DNA of 64,000 nucleotides from NCBI GenBank assembly GCA_040220235.1, contig JAVJTO010000094.1; one strand, 5' to 3'. Shown in pieces: positions 41,520 through 51,288 of the stretch. Origin of the DNA: Coleofasciculus sp. B1-GNL1-01. Lineage in GTDB: Bacteria; Cyanobacteriota; Cyanobacteriia; Cyanobacteriales; Coleofasciculaceae. Numbering within the stretch: position 1 is the first letter of the stretch; each line of letters starts with the position of its first letter. The notes beneath the pieces were generated by a model. It saw only the letters and a list, made by a program, of their open reading frames with translations. It made no database searches and had not been told where the DNA came from. A program made the position numbers and the translations under genes.

Positions 41520-42504
41520 AAAATGTATTTGTCTGCCAACTCGCCGCCGTGCGCTGTTCAATCGCCGCCAATTCCATCTCATCCAATGGCTGAAAACGGC
41601 TGGCGACTTCCACATTTGACTCTAACTGTGGCACATTTTCCGCCGCAATTACCGCACAGTGAACCCCGGATTGAGAGAGAGTATATCCCAGCGCCTGGTG
41701 CATCCCGTCTAAAGCACCGGATTTAAACAACCGCCCATAAGCCGGGACTTTCATGGCAATCACACCCACCTTTTGCTTTCGCGCCACGGGTAAAACGGTG
41801 GGAATAAAGGGACGGGGGTGATGTTTATCCGCCGCATTAATACAGACCAGAGTAGTATCAAAGGGATAACGCTGCAATCCAGCCGCAATCACATCGGGTT
41901 CGTGGTGTCCAGTAATCCCAGAGTATTTAATCAAGTTTTGGGCTTTGGCTTCTTCGATCGCTTTAGCCGCCCCCGTTGAACTAAAAATCGTATCGAGTTC
42001 TTCGTGAAACGAGACGTGGTGCAATTGCCACAAGTCCAAATAATCGGTATTCAAGCGTTTGAGCGATCGCTCCAACTCCCGCCACGCCCCATCGCGATCG
42101 CGGGCGGCGCTTTTACTGGCGAGAAATACCTGCTGTCGGTAGTTTGGTAAGATTTTACCGAGATAATCTTCACTCGGTCCATAACTCGCCGCCGTATCAA
42201 AGTAACGGATTCCTAATTCTAACGCCCGTTGAATAATCGCCAACGCCTCAGCTTCCTGGTTCGGTTTGGATAAGGGTGTCTTCCCTGCCCCTCCTAAGCC
42301 TAAAATAGGCACAGAAACCCCTGTATCTCCTAACATCCGTTCCGGCATTGTGGTGGTTCCAGAGACTGACATGGCGAGGGTTTCCGCTGACTGCTGTTGG
42401 GAAGCTGAGGATTGATGTTTTTTCCACGCCGCACTTCCCACAATTCCACCTGCTACCGCCATACCCGTTAGGAGAAATGTGCGTCGGTTTGTTTTTTCGG
42501 ACAT
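41503..42504 (-). CDS. Tat-exported aldo/keto reductase
   Basis: NRRTFL twin-arginine signal, GIRYFDTAASYG and SLKRLNTDYLDL. GGAGGT RBS lies upstream of ATG 42504. Confidence 0.9.
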   Translation of the reverse strand: MSEKTNRRTFLLTGMAVAGGIVGSAAWKKHQSSASQQQSAETLAMSVSGTTTMPERMLGDTGVSVPILGLGGAGKTPLSKPNQEAEALAIIQRALELGIRYFDTAASYGPSEDYLGKILPNYRQQVFLASKSAARDRDGAWRELERSLKRLNTDYLDLWQLHHVSFHEELDTIFSSTGAAKAIEEAKAQNLIKYSGITGHHEPDVIAAGLQRYPFDTTLVCINAADKHHPRPFIPTVLPVARKQKVGVIAMKVPAYGRLFKSGALDGMHQALGYTLSQSGVHCAVIAAENVPQLESNVEVASRFQPLDEMELAAIEQRTAASWQTNTFFRAWT

Positions 42505-42715
42505 ATACTGCACCTCCAGACTTTCTTCCCATTGTGCTGAGTTTGCTTAAATATGCAATAACTCAGGGGAGGGAACAGGAAACAGATTGAGTCGGGGCGG
42601 GTTTAGTTACATCTGGGGTGAGGTGCGAAACGATAGTAGTAAAACCCGCCCCTACATACCTCACGCGCTAGGTTTCCTCGAACGACGTGAAGAATCAACA
42701 ATTAACAATCAACAA

Positions 42716-45031
42716 TCAACACTCAACACTTAATGTCCACACCCCATCCCAATTGGGAGGCGGTGGCGAGTCTAGCCAATACAAACAACGCTGGATATGT
42801 AATCTCGCCGCCTTATCACCACCATCCATCTCCAAAACCTGGGAAAATTCACCAATTGCCAGGGCAAATTGGTGGTTGAGGTAATAGCGACGCCCCTTTT
42901 CATAATGGTCAATAATTTGTTCTTGCTGACTCGAAAGGGATCGGGAACGAAGTCCCATCAGTTCATATATGGCAAGGGATTGGGGTTTACTCTTCACCGG
43001 GAGGCGATCCAGTTCTCGCACCCAGACGCGATCGCGACAATGTTGATAAATCGTTTCGCTAATAATAATGTCGCAGCCATAATCGCGACTGACTTGTTCG
43101 AGTAATGAGGTAAAGTTGACAATATCCCCAGACAATGGGGGTTGAGAACCATTACTCAGATGGATTCTCCCAGCATGAATGCCAATACCTAGACGAGGCA
43201 TTGACTGTTGGGGTGTCAAATGATTACGATTAAACTCGGCTAACTGTTGGCGCATGTCTATCGCTGCTTGCACTGCATACCAGGCGCGATCGCTTACAGG
43301 TAAGGAGGTATCAAAGACAGCAATTAATGCATCACCAATATATTGATTTAAAGTGCCTTGATACTTCAAGACAGTCTCCACCATTAGTTCACAATAGTGA
43401 TTGAGCATGGAAACAACGGTTTCTGCTTCCATGTTGTCCATCAGGCTGGTATACCCTTGAATATCAGCACATAAAATCGCCACATTGGGATGAGCAAATA
43501 ACTGGATATCATATTTTCTCAAAAATTCCTGAGTGAGTTCCTGGCTGACTTGGTGATAGGTGGGAAGTTGAGTGGAACTCGTGGAATTAATTTCTTTGAG
43601 AACGACGACGAGTCCATAAAAATGATGAGATCCGTTGTTCTCGGCGATCGACCGAATCGATAAATCAATCGGTTGTTCCTGATCACGGGCAATAACTGTA
43701 TGAGGAGCTTGATAGTCCTGCTGTTCTGTTAAAGCCCCTTGGACTAAATGAGCAAAGTTACTCTCTTTTACCTGAATAAAATCACCAATCCAACTCCCTT
43801 CCACCCCATCTCCCTCATCGCTTTTGAGAAGCTGATGCGCTTTTTCGTTGACCGTAATAATTCGCCCCGTTGCATCGGTATAAATCACGCCATGATCTAG
43901 CGTCTTTAAAATAAGCCGTTGAATCTGTTCCTGTTGTTTTAGCGACGTGAATTGGCGAGAATTTTGTAAGGCAATCCCCACTTGCAGCGCAAAGGCTGCC
44001 ATTAATTGTTGATCGGCTTGACTAAAACTTGCTTTAAAGATATCCGGTGGAATGGGCCAACTGTCGGGATCATAAGCGGGAAAATATCCCCGTTTCTTTT
44101 TATTAATTAACTCCAGTACCCCCAAGACTTCGTTATCCGGTGTCAAAATGGGCATATAGAGTAAACTACAGGTACGATACCCGGTATGGCAATCCTTTTT
44201 TTTGATCCGATCAACACCAGGGTAGATATAGAGGTCAAAGGGAATATTTAAGGCTTTTCCCGACTCAGCTACTTTACCCACAAAGCCAACCCCAATCCCG
44301 TGACGCTTCTGGTGAGGAGAACCTTCCTCTGTTTCTACCATTGTCCACAGTTCCTGGCGTTCCTGATCGATTAGCCATAAGCGACTGCGATCGGCATTCA
44401 TTAATTCATTGGCTTCTTGAATAATAAGCTGACGGATCGCATCAAAGTTTAGTCCGCCTTGGCTAATCGTATGAATAGCTTTAATAAAGCCAAGAAAAAC
44501 ATCTTGTTTTTTAATTTCTGCATAAAGCGCCTGACATCGCTCTACGGTGGGACGAATCCACGCACTTGCCTGATAAAATCGCCTTTCATCGTCTTGAGTA
44601 AATCCATGATTGTCAATCGTCTTCTCTAAAGGCTGATCGGGGCTAGCCTCTGGTTTTAATTTGTTAAGTAATTGAACAAAAGCAATGATGTTTTTTTGTT
44701 TATTAGATAAAGGTAGAGATAATAAATTATAAACGATATAATCAAAGTAATGCGGTAGTTTTATCCCGTGTTCTTCACGGTAAAACTGACATTCAAACGG
44801 GCTTTCTACAAAACTCTGCAAATTGGCAATTCCGCTAATCCCCGTAGTATTTGGAATTCTTAACTCTTTGGGTTGGGAATAGTTTGGGGTTAAAACGAGA
44901 CATTGCTCTGGGTCATATCGGTCTAATAAAAAAATATTAACCCGATCAACACGGATAATTTTCTTGAAGCATTGAGCTATTTCCATTAACATTTGTGTTA
45001 ATATAAAATTTAAATCCTGGTGATTTGACAT
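42716..45031 (-). CDS. GAF-GAF-PAS class III adenylate/guanylate cyclase (CyaB-like), degenerate active site
   Basis: NKLK and NKKK GAF motifs, a PAS domain, ADIQGYT, IGDA, GDIVN and WDGVW. GGAGGA RBS precedes ATG 45031. Confidence 0.88.
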   Translation of the reverse strand: MSNHQDLNFILTQMLMEIAQCFKKIIRVDRVNIFLLDRYDPEQCLVLTPNYSQPKELRIPNTTGISGIANLQSFVESPFECQFYREEHGIKLPHYFDYIVYNLLSLPLSNKQKNIIAFVQLLNKLKPEASPDQPLEKTIDNHGFTQDDERRFYQASAWIRPTVERCQALYAEIKKQDVFLGFIKAIHTISQGGLNFDAIRQLIIQEANELMNADRSRLWLIDQERQELWTMVETEEGSPHQKRHGIGVGFVGKVAESGKALNIPFDLYIYPGVDRIKKKDCHTGYRTCSLLYMPILTPDNEVLGVLELINKKKRGYFPAYDPDSWPIPPDIFKASFSQADQQLMAAFALQVGIALQNSRQFTSLKQQEQIQRLILKTLDHGVIYTDATGRIITVNEKAHQLLKSDEGDGVEGSWIGDFIQVKESNFAHLVQGALTEQQDYQAPHTVIARDQEQPIDLSIRSIAENNGSHHFYGLVVVLKEINSTSSTQLPTYHQVSQELTQEFLRKYDIQLFAHPNVAILCADIQGYTSLMDNMEAETVVSMLNHYCELMVETVLKYQGTLNQYIGDALIAVFDTSLPVSDRAWYAVQAAIDMRQQLAEFNRNHLTPQQSMPRLGIGIHAGRIHLSNGSQPPLSGDIVNFTSLLEQVSRDYGCDIIISETIYQHCRDRVWVRELDRLPVKSKPQSLAIYELMGLRSRSLSSQQEQIIDHYEKGRRYYLNHQFALAIGEFSQVLEMDGGDKAARLHIQRCLYWLDSPPPPNWDGVWTLSVEC

Positions 45032-45210
45032 CAGTATAGATCCTCCCTTTACTTTAACCAGGCAGTTGCCCATTTAAGCCGCTTCTCAAGGTTTATCGGG
45101 TAAGATGCTTCTGAAACAGTGCGATTTGGCACAACCGCTCTACCTACAATCTTTACATGCCCGCGACCTATCCACCATACTACCCGTACTGTAGCCGTTT
45201 TTATCCCTGA

Positions 45211-46254
45211 TTAGTCAACGATCCCCATTCGTTGGGGAGGGAAAAATCGTTTGGTTACCTTTCCCAGAATATTCTGTTGGGGAAGAAACCCCCAATCCTC
45301 ACTATCATAGCTGTGGTTGCGGTTATCCCCCAAGACGAAATAAGAATTGGCGGGAACGGTGATGGGAGTAAAGGCGTCTTGAGAACGTCCTTGACGATAG
45401 TTCTCTTCCAAAGGCTGAGAATTGATATAAACTATTCCCTTTTGAATCTCTACCCGTTCTCCAGGTAAACCAATAATTCGCTGAACAAAGGCTTCTCGAA
45501 AATGGTTATCTTGCAAAGCTTCCGGTGGTAAAAATAGGACAACATCTTGCCGTTGGGGGGATCGAAAATGGTAGGTTTGTTTATCCACAATAACACGATC
45601 GCCGCTGTGTAACGTTGGGTTCATCTCGTTCGTGGTAATGACGTGACTATCAGCGATATGTGTTGTAATAAAGAACATCTGCATAGAAATGATGATAGAA
45701 AATAGAATAGAGACAAGCGCCATACATAAAATGGGAATCTGATTTCGTTCACGACGAACGGTTGAGGCGATATAAACGTGATAAAAAACCAGAGATTTGA
45801 GGAGTATCGGCACGAGTTGAACCAGCAACGAGGTAATAAAAAAAGTAAAGAATAGAACACTCAACCACAGACGGTTAATATAGAGGTGACCCGCACCAGG
45901 GACAAGGCGCGAGAGAAAGACAGCCAGCCATGGATCTTTTCGACTGGTTCTGAGTTTCTCAAAACTCGGTGGATTAGCTTTCTTGGCACAGTCATAGGCA
46001 TCAAATATTCCCCAAATACTCAATGCGAATGTGGCGATTAATAGAATTTCTCCGATGAAAATATTGCCGATTTGACTTAAAATCAACCATGCACTTAAAG
46101 CATATAACCCGACTTGAGTGATAATTAAACTGTACCCTCTGATCAGCTTTCCCGTATAAAGCTGACCAATTCCGGGAAAAAATAGGGATAAGTTAGCCGC
46201 TAGCCAAGGTTCTTTTCCTGAACTCGGTGAGGAAGGGTGCTGCAATTGAGACAT
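45211..46254 (-). CDS. Signal peptidase I homologue with N-terminal membrane domains; catalytic Ser/Lys substituted
   Basis: MNPTL..GDRVIVDK, RIIGLPGE and YFVLGDNRNHSYDS boxes; two 'PWLA..LS...PG.G.LY' membrane repeats. Confidence 0.88.
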   Translation of the reverse strand: MSQLQHPSSPSSGKEPWLAANLSLFFPGIGQLYTGKLIRGYSLIITQVGLYALSAWLILSQIGNIFIGEILLIATFALSIWGIFDAYDCAKKANPPSFEKLRTSRKDPWLAVFLSRLVPGAGHLYINRLWLSVLFFTFFITSLLVQLVPILLKSLVFYHVYIASTVRRERNQIPILCMALVSILFSIIISMQMFFITTHIADSHVITTNEMNPTLHSGDRVIVDKQTYHFRSPQRQDVVLFLPPEALQDNHFREAFVQRIIGLPGERVEIQKGIVYINSQPLEENYRQGRSQDAFTPITVPANSYFVLGDNRNHSYDSEDWGFLPQQNILGKVTKRFFPPQRMGIVD

Positions 46255-46483
46255 CGGTATTGCCTTCGATATAGGTGTAGCCCAGTAGATACCCCATGTT
46301 AAGATGCTAAATTTAACAAACGTCTAAGAGAGCGGCTTTACTATAACGAGTAACTGGGCAGAGTGACAAGTTGATTTAACTATCTTTATAGAAACTTATA
46401 AAACTAAGCCTATCGTTTAAATCAACGGTGAAGTTAAAATTGTATTTTATCCTTCGTGGTTCCTAGTTATCAGAGAAATAAAA

Positions 46484-47167
46484 ATGGGATTTAAACTCGA
46501 AACCGTTATTCCTTGGGGGCGTTCGCTAGACGAATATGTCAGAATGTTTGACCTGCAACCCGATGAACTTAGATTAACCCTACTCGATTGTGCAGGGGGA
46601 CCGGCTAGCTTTAATGCGGAGATGACGCGCCAAGGATATAATGTTATCTCCTGTGACCCTATCTATCAGTTTTCGGCAACTGATATCAAAAGACGCATTC
46701 AAGAGGTATATCCAAGGGTGATTGATGGGGTGAAAGCGAATCGTGATAACTATGTGTGGCAAACAATTGGATCACCCGAAGAACTGGGAGAAATTCGCCT
46801 GTCAGCCATGGAAGAATTTATCGACGATTTATCGATAGGAATTGAACAAGGACGCTATATTAATGCTGAGTTGCCTAGTTTACCATTTACAACCCGTCAA
46901 TTTAGTTTAGCGGTTTGTTCTCACTTCCTGTTTAGCTATTCTGACTTATTGTCTCAAGCGTTTCACCTGCTTTCGATTCAGGAATTGTGTCGTGTGGCAA
47001 ATGAGGTGAGAATTTTTCCGCTGGTAGATATTTCGGGAGATGTATCTCCCCATGTATCCCCTGTAATCAGGGAGTTAAATGCACAGAGATATAATGTGGA
47101 AATTAAGCAGGTTGCTTATGAGTTTCAACAAGGCGGAAATCAAATGTTGCAGATAAAAAAGTTTTGA
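46484..47167 (+). CDS. SAM-dependent methyltransferase-like protein
   Basis: LDCAGGPASF motif I; LPF...F.L..CSHFLF; E.RIFPL. Confidence 0.82.
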   Translation: MGFKLETVIPWGRSLDEYVRMFDLQPDELRLTLLDCAGGPASFNAEMTRQGYNVISCDPIYQFSATDIKRRIQEVYPRVIDGVKANRDNYVWQTIGSPEELGEIRLSAMEEFIDDLSIGIEQGRYINAELPSLPFTTRQFSLAVCSHFLFSYSDLLSQAFHLLSIQELCRVANEVRIFPLVDISGDVSPHVSPVIRELNAQRYNVEIKQVAYEFQQGGNQMLQIKKF

Positions 47168-47169
47168 GT

Positions 47170-47209
47170 ATGACAAATGACGAATGACGAATGACGAATG
47201 ACAAATGAC
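47170..47209. repeat. Heptamer tandem repeat (RAATGAC)n
   Basis: ATGAC AAATGAC GAATGAC GAATGAC GAATGAC AAATGAC. Confidence 0.88.
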
Positions 47210-47360
47210 GATCCCCACTTTTTTACTCAGATGTAACTAAACCCACCTCAACTCAGGATTCCGGAGGCGCTAAAGCGCTGACTACGAACGAATGGTGCGA
47301 TCGCACTCCCTAATACTACAGTTGTATTACAATAATTCGGTAGGACATAGGTCATGATCA

Positions 47361-48581
47361 ATGGTATCTCATCCCCATCAGCCGAGACAGGATGATGCTG
47401 TATTAGGAACGGGTCAATTGCCACTCCCGGCTAATGCAGCCGTTTTAGGCGGTTTGGTCGGTGTTCAGCGTCGTTTGCACAGTCCCCTGGTGAGTCAACG
47501 TGTGGCGGCGGTTAAGCAGAGTCTGACGTATGGTAAGGCGGGAGTCTCTGTAGTATTAGACGCCCTGAACGATGATCACTGGCAAGTGCGATATACCGCC
47601 TATTCGCAACTTCGGGGAATTGATCATCCCCAGTTGTTGCCGCGTTTAATGGAGTATAATCCTTATCAGTGTCTCCAATGTCTTTATCGCTATTCTACTG
47701 CTCATTCTACGGCGTATGCCTTGGCAATAAGTTCGGATCAACAGTTGCTGATAAGCGGAGCAACAGATAGAACCATTAAAGTGCGATCGCTATACACAGG
47801 CAAGATTCTTTGTACTCTAACAGGACATAGGAGTTCGGTGTCGGCGGTGGCGTTTCATCCTGATCAGCCAATGTTAATTAGTGGTAGTTGGGATAGTACA
47901 ATTAAGCTGTGGAATTTAGCCGGAGTATCCCAACAAAATCGATTAGCCAGCGATAGACTGATAGCTACGTTTAGCGAACAGGGGAGTAAGATCTATACCA
48001 TTGCCCTGCATCCAGAGGGACAGATTCTTGCCAGTGGAAGTCAGGATGGAACGATTACCCTGTGGGATATTCAGGCTGAAGAAAAGATAAGTGCGATCGC
48101 AGGACATACAGAGGCGATTACCGCCCTCACTTTTACCGCCGATGGTCAAACCTTAATCAGTAGCAGTATTGATAATACCCTGAACGGCTGGAATTGGCAA
48201 ACGCAACACCTCCAGTATAGTCTCACCGGACACAGCCATTGGGTGAATGCGATCGCGATTCATCCTGATGGAGAAATTCTCGCGAGTGGGAGTCAGGATA
48301 AAACAATTAAACTCTGGCATCTTCCCACTGGAAAACTCTTAAATACTCTAACCGGACATTGGGGTGAGATCAAAGGGTTAGCGATGAGTCAGGATGGACA
48401 AACGCTAGTGAGTTGCAGTTGGGATGAGACAATTCGATTCTGGCATTTACCCACAGGAATTTTATTGCATAGCTTAACCGGACATCGCGGTGCAATTGTA
48501 TCCCTTGCCATGACTTCTGATGTGCCACTCATTGTTAGTAGTAGTCAGGATCGAACTATTTGCGTCTGGGGAATGGATTAA
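47361..48581 (+). CDS. WD40-repeat protein with HEAT-like N-terminus
   Basis: Seven GH...SGS.D.TI.LW repeats; N-terminal ALNDDHWQVR. Confidence 0.92.
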   Translation: MVSHPHQPRQDDAVLGTGQLPLPANAAVLGGLVGVQRRLHSPLVSQRVAAVKQSLTYGKAGVSVVLDALNDDHWQVRYTAYSQLRGIDHPQLLPRLMEYNPYQCLQCLYRYSTAHSTAYALAISSDQQLLISGATDRTIKVRSLYTGKILCTLTGHRSSVSAVAFHPDQPMLISGSWDSTIKLWNLAGVSQQNRLASDRLIATFSEQGSKIYTIALHPEGQILASGSQDGTITLWDIQAEEKISAIAGHTEAITALTFTADGQTLISSSIDNTLNGWNWQTQHLQYSLTGHSHWVNAIAIHPDGEILASGSQDKTIKLWHLPTGKLLNTLTGHWGEIKGLAMSQDGQTLVSCSWDETIRFWHLPTGILLHSLTGHRGAIVSLAMTSDVPLIVSSSQDRTICVWGMD

Positions 48582-48618
48582 CCTTACCCAGATAGGCAGC
48601 GTTAACCCTGATTGCGTA

Positions 48619-48816
48619 TTAGTAGCGCTTGGTTTTCTGCACCCCGTAAATAATCCCTGTGGCAATAGACAGTAAAATTAATAGCCACAAAATACCGCCG
48701 GGAATAAAGCTGAGGATACCTACACCTCTAAAAATATAAACCACAATCGTAACAGCGACAGAAATGGAAAAAATATAAGCATAAATTAGGGTATCAGATG
48801 GGGGAGGTGGACTCAT
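48619..48816 (-). CDS. Small two-TM membrane protein
   Basis: 65 aa with two hydrophobic helices around RGVGILSFIPGG. Confidence 0.75.
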   Translation of the reverse strand: MSPPPPSDTLIYAYIFSISVAVTIVVYIFRGVGILSFIPGGILWLLILLSIATGIIYGVQKTKRY

Positions 48817-48820
48817 AATA

Positions 48821-48959
48821 TAAGTAGTCGAACAAAATTAAAACTACGGCGGGGAACTTGCTATCGCAAGAAGCAAGCTACGTCATTTTTCATTCATGAA
48901 GGTTTCAGGAATAGTGACAGAACGTCAGAGAGTTCGGTTGATTTCCACCAACCTACTTA
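48821..48959. mobile_element. MITE with TAAGTAG.../...CTACTTA termini
   Basis: Imperfect terminal inverted repeats. Related ends lie at 29579 (TAAGTAGGTAGGTACAATAA) and 49522-49541 (TTATTGTGTCCACCTACTTA). Confidence 0.65.
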
Positions 48960-48961
48960 AT

Positions 48962-49165
48962 TTACCGTCGGATCGTGAGACCGCTGAGGATACCGATACC
49001 AATGGAAAAGAGAACGATCGCCCAGACGACAGCCGATGGAATTTGCTGAATTACACCGAGTCCCGTGAGTAGCAAAACAAATGCTGCGAGTAACAGACCC
49101 ACACCCAGGGCAATGCCAATAATATACAAAAAGGTTTTTGTGCCTTCATTGGGGGATTGATTCAC
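48962..49165 (-). CDS. Small two-TM membrane protein (paralogue of 48619..48816)
   Basis: 67 aa with two hydrophobic helices around TGLGVIQQIPSA; AAGGA RBS before a GTG start. Confidence 0.72.
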   Translation of the reverse strand: MNQSPNEGTKTFLYIIGIALGVGLLLAAFVLLLTGLGVIQQIPSAVVWAIVLFSIGIGILSGLTIRR

Positions 49166-49554
49166 AATCGAGTTCCTTTAGAGTGAGACAACGACAGAAC
49201 TACGGGACTTATTTTTGCATAGAATGGAACAATCCGTTACATAAGACCTATGCAAGTCTAGGTAAAGCTCTATCATAGGAAGGGTTTCAGGCTTCGCTCT
49301 TCCGAAAGTGACATAAGAGCGTTATCCTGGGGTTTTAATCCCTAGGGAACCTTAGCCTATCAGAATGCTATGACCCAACCAAATAGCTTTGTCATTTGTC
49401 GTTCGTAGTAATGGCTTTAGCCTATCAAACGAAAAGAACCCAGCCCAATCATTTTATCATACACACTGTAACCCAAACACCAAACAAAAATAAAGACAAA
49501 TGACGACTCTACCGTTACCTTTTATTGTGTCCACCTACTTATCCTAGTTGAACC

Positions 49555-49895
49555 AATTTTACGGATTTAGCTAAGATTTTTAATGATTGGGTACATAGTA
49601 GCCTTCCTAAGGGAGAACAAGATTGGTTAGGAGTTGATGGTAAAAGCAGTAGAGCTACTGTCAGTAATGACGACCAAGCTTATCAAGATTTTATTAATGT
49701 AGTTTCGGTATTCAGCGCTCAACAAGGAGTTCCCCTTGCTCTCCAACAATTTCACAACAAACAAGGTAGTGAAATTGCTGTTGTGCAAAATCTTCTAGCC
49801 ACTTTAGACATAGAAGGAGTCGTTTTTACTTTGGATTCCTTACGTTGCAAAAAAAAACTGTACAGTTAATTACCGAAAGTGGCAATGATTATGTA
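49555..49895 (+). pseudogene. ISAs1-family transposase internal fragment
   Basis: Reads NFTDLAKIFNDW...LGVDGKS...GSEIAVVQNLLATLDIEGVVFTLDSLRCKKK, then after an A9 run (49849-49857) continues as KTVQLITESGNDYV in another frame. Confidence 0.85.
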
Positions 49896-50226
49896 TTTCA
49901 TACCCTTGCACCGCTAGAGTGGGAAAATGTATCATTGCTCCCCCAGCTCCCCCTACTTCCCCTGCTCCTTACCCCACCAAAACACTTATTCAGCAGACCC
50001 TAATTAATCCTGGTCGCCCTAATTTTCTCTCATCACTGCGGAATTAGCCCTGCCTTGCCGGGGGGAACGAGGGGGGTTGGGGGGTTAGGTTTTTCCAATT
50101 CGTCAGCAGTATCCCCACGGTGGAAGAAGGGGTTAGGGGATGAGGGGGAAAATCAACCCGCCCGGATTGAAGCGAAGCAACATCTGGTCTCCCCCTTTTT
50201 AAGGGGGACGGAAGGGGGATCTAAAA

Positions 50227-50297
50227 AGGCGGCACCCAGATTCGAACTGGGGATAAAGGCTTTGCAGGCCCCTGCCTTACCGCTTGGCTATGCCGCC
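50227..50297 (-). tRNA. trnC: tRNA-Cys (GCA)
   Basis: Reverse complement is GGCGGCATAGCCAAGCGGTAAGGCAGGGGCCTGCAAAGCCTTTATCCCCAGTTCGAATCTGGGTGCCGCCT. Confidence 0.97.
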
Positions 50298-50489
50298 GCA
50301 CAACGAACGCGCCATGGCGCGTCTCTACAATAAAGGATTATAGCCTATCTCATCCTTATGTGTCTCTTTCGCCAGGAATTCTTTTCGGCGAGCAAAACAT
50401 TAAGTATCTTAGCGGGGTGAAGCCATTTTGTCCATTCCTCGCTAGTCTGAGAATATCCGTTAATAGAGCGTCCCGCTACACCTCTATCC

Positions 50490-51167
50490 ATGCTATTCAA
50501 CCTGCTTAACCTGCCCTACTGGATTTTCCTGGGGATGGGAATCCTCCTGTTTCTGGTTGTCATTGTCTCCGGTGGCGGGGATGATGACTTTGATATCGAT
50601 GCCGATGCGGATGCTGATGTGGATGCCGATGGCGATTTTGCCATGGGATCAATGTTCAGTTTTCTGGGTGTGGGTAAAGTTCCCCTAATTTTGTTACTTG
50701 CCACTGACTGTTGTCTGGTAGGAGCATTCGGCTGGATGATTAATGTGGCGATCGGAAATCTCACGGGTACGATTCCCACGGGATTCTTCGGTGGTGTCGT
50801 CGCTGGTGCTTCCCTACTCCTGAGTGTATTTAGTGGTGGCTTAATTTCTCGACCTTTAGGCAAAATTTTTGCCACATTTGGAGAAGATGCCAGTGGCGAT
50901 CGCTTAATTGGGTGTCAGGGTAGCGTCAGTTCTAGTTCAATTCCCCTAGAAAGTCAAGGCAAAATCGGTCAAGTGGATGTGATTGATCCCAGTGGCAATC
51001 TGGTAACCATTAATGCCACTCTACCGAAATGGGCAAAAGTTATTCCCAATCGGGGCAATCACGTCTTAGTCATTGACCGACAACCGGAAAGCTATCGGGT
51101 GGTTACTAAAGATAGTTCTGATCAACAACAGTGGTTGTCTAATTCATCCCCAAAAGATTCACAGTAA
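50490..51167 (+). CDS. YqiJ/DUF1449 (NfeD-like) membrane protein
   Basis: N-terminal TM, acidic DADAD linker, LGVGKVP, further TMs and a C-terminal OB-fold; lies upstream of flotillin. Confidence 0.85.
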   Translation: MLFNLLNLPYWIFLGMGILLFLVVIVSGGGDDDFDIDADADADVDADGDFAMGSMFSFLGVGKVPLILLLATDCCLVGAFGWMINVAIGNLTGTIPTGFFGGVVAGASLLLSVFSGGLISRPLGKIFATFGEDASGDRLIGCQGSVSSSSIPLESQGKIGQVDVIDPSGNLVTINATLPKWAKVIPNRGNHVLVIDRQPESYRVVTKDSSDQQQWLSNSSPKDSQ

Positions 51168-51288
51168 CCTCTGCATACACAACCATTTCTATTCCGTTCA
51201 GGCAAACTGTGATTCTTTTTACACAACCTCTAAATGTGTATAAATTTCAGGCTTCAATACAACATATAGATTTAGAGCGCAAACTACC

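Noticed and set aside
50055..50333. 92-aa ORF
   Set aside because: Antisense to tRNA-Cys and made of palindromic repeat sequence.
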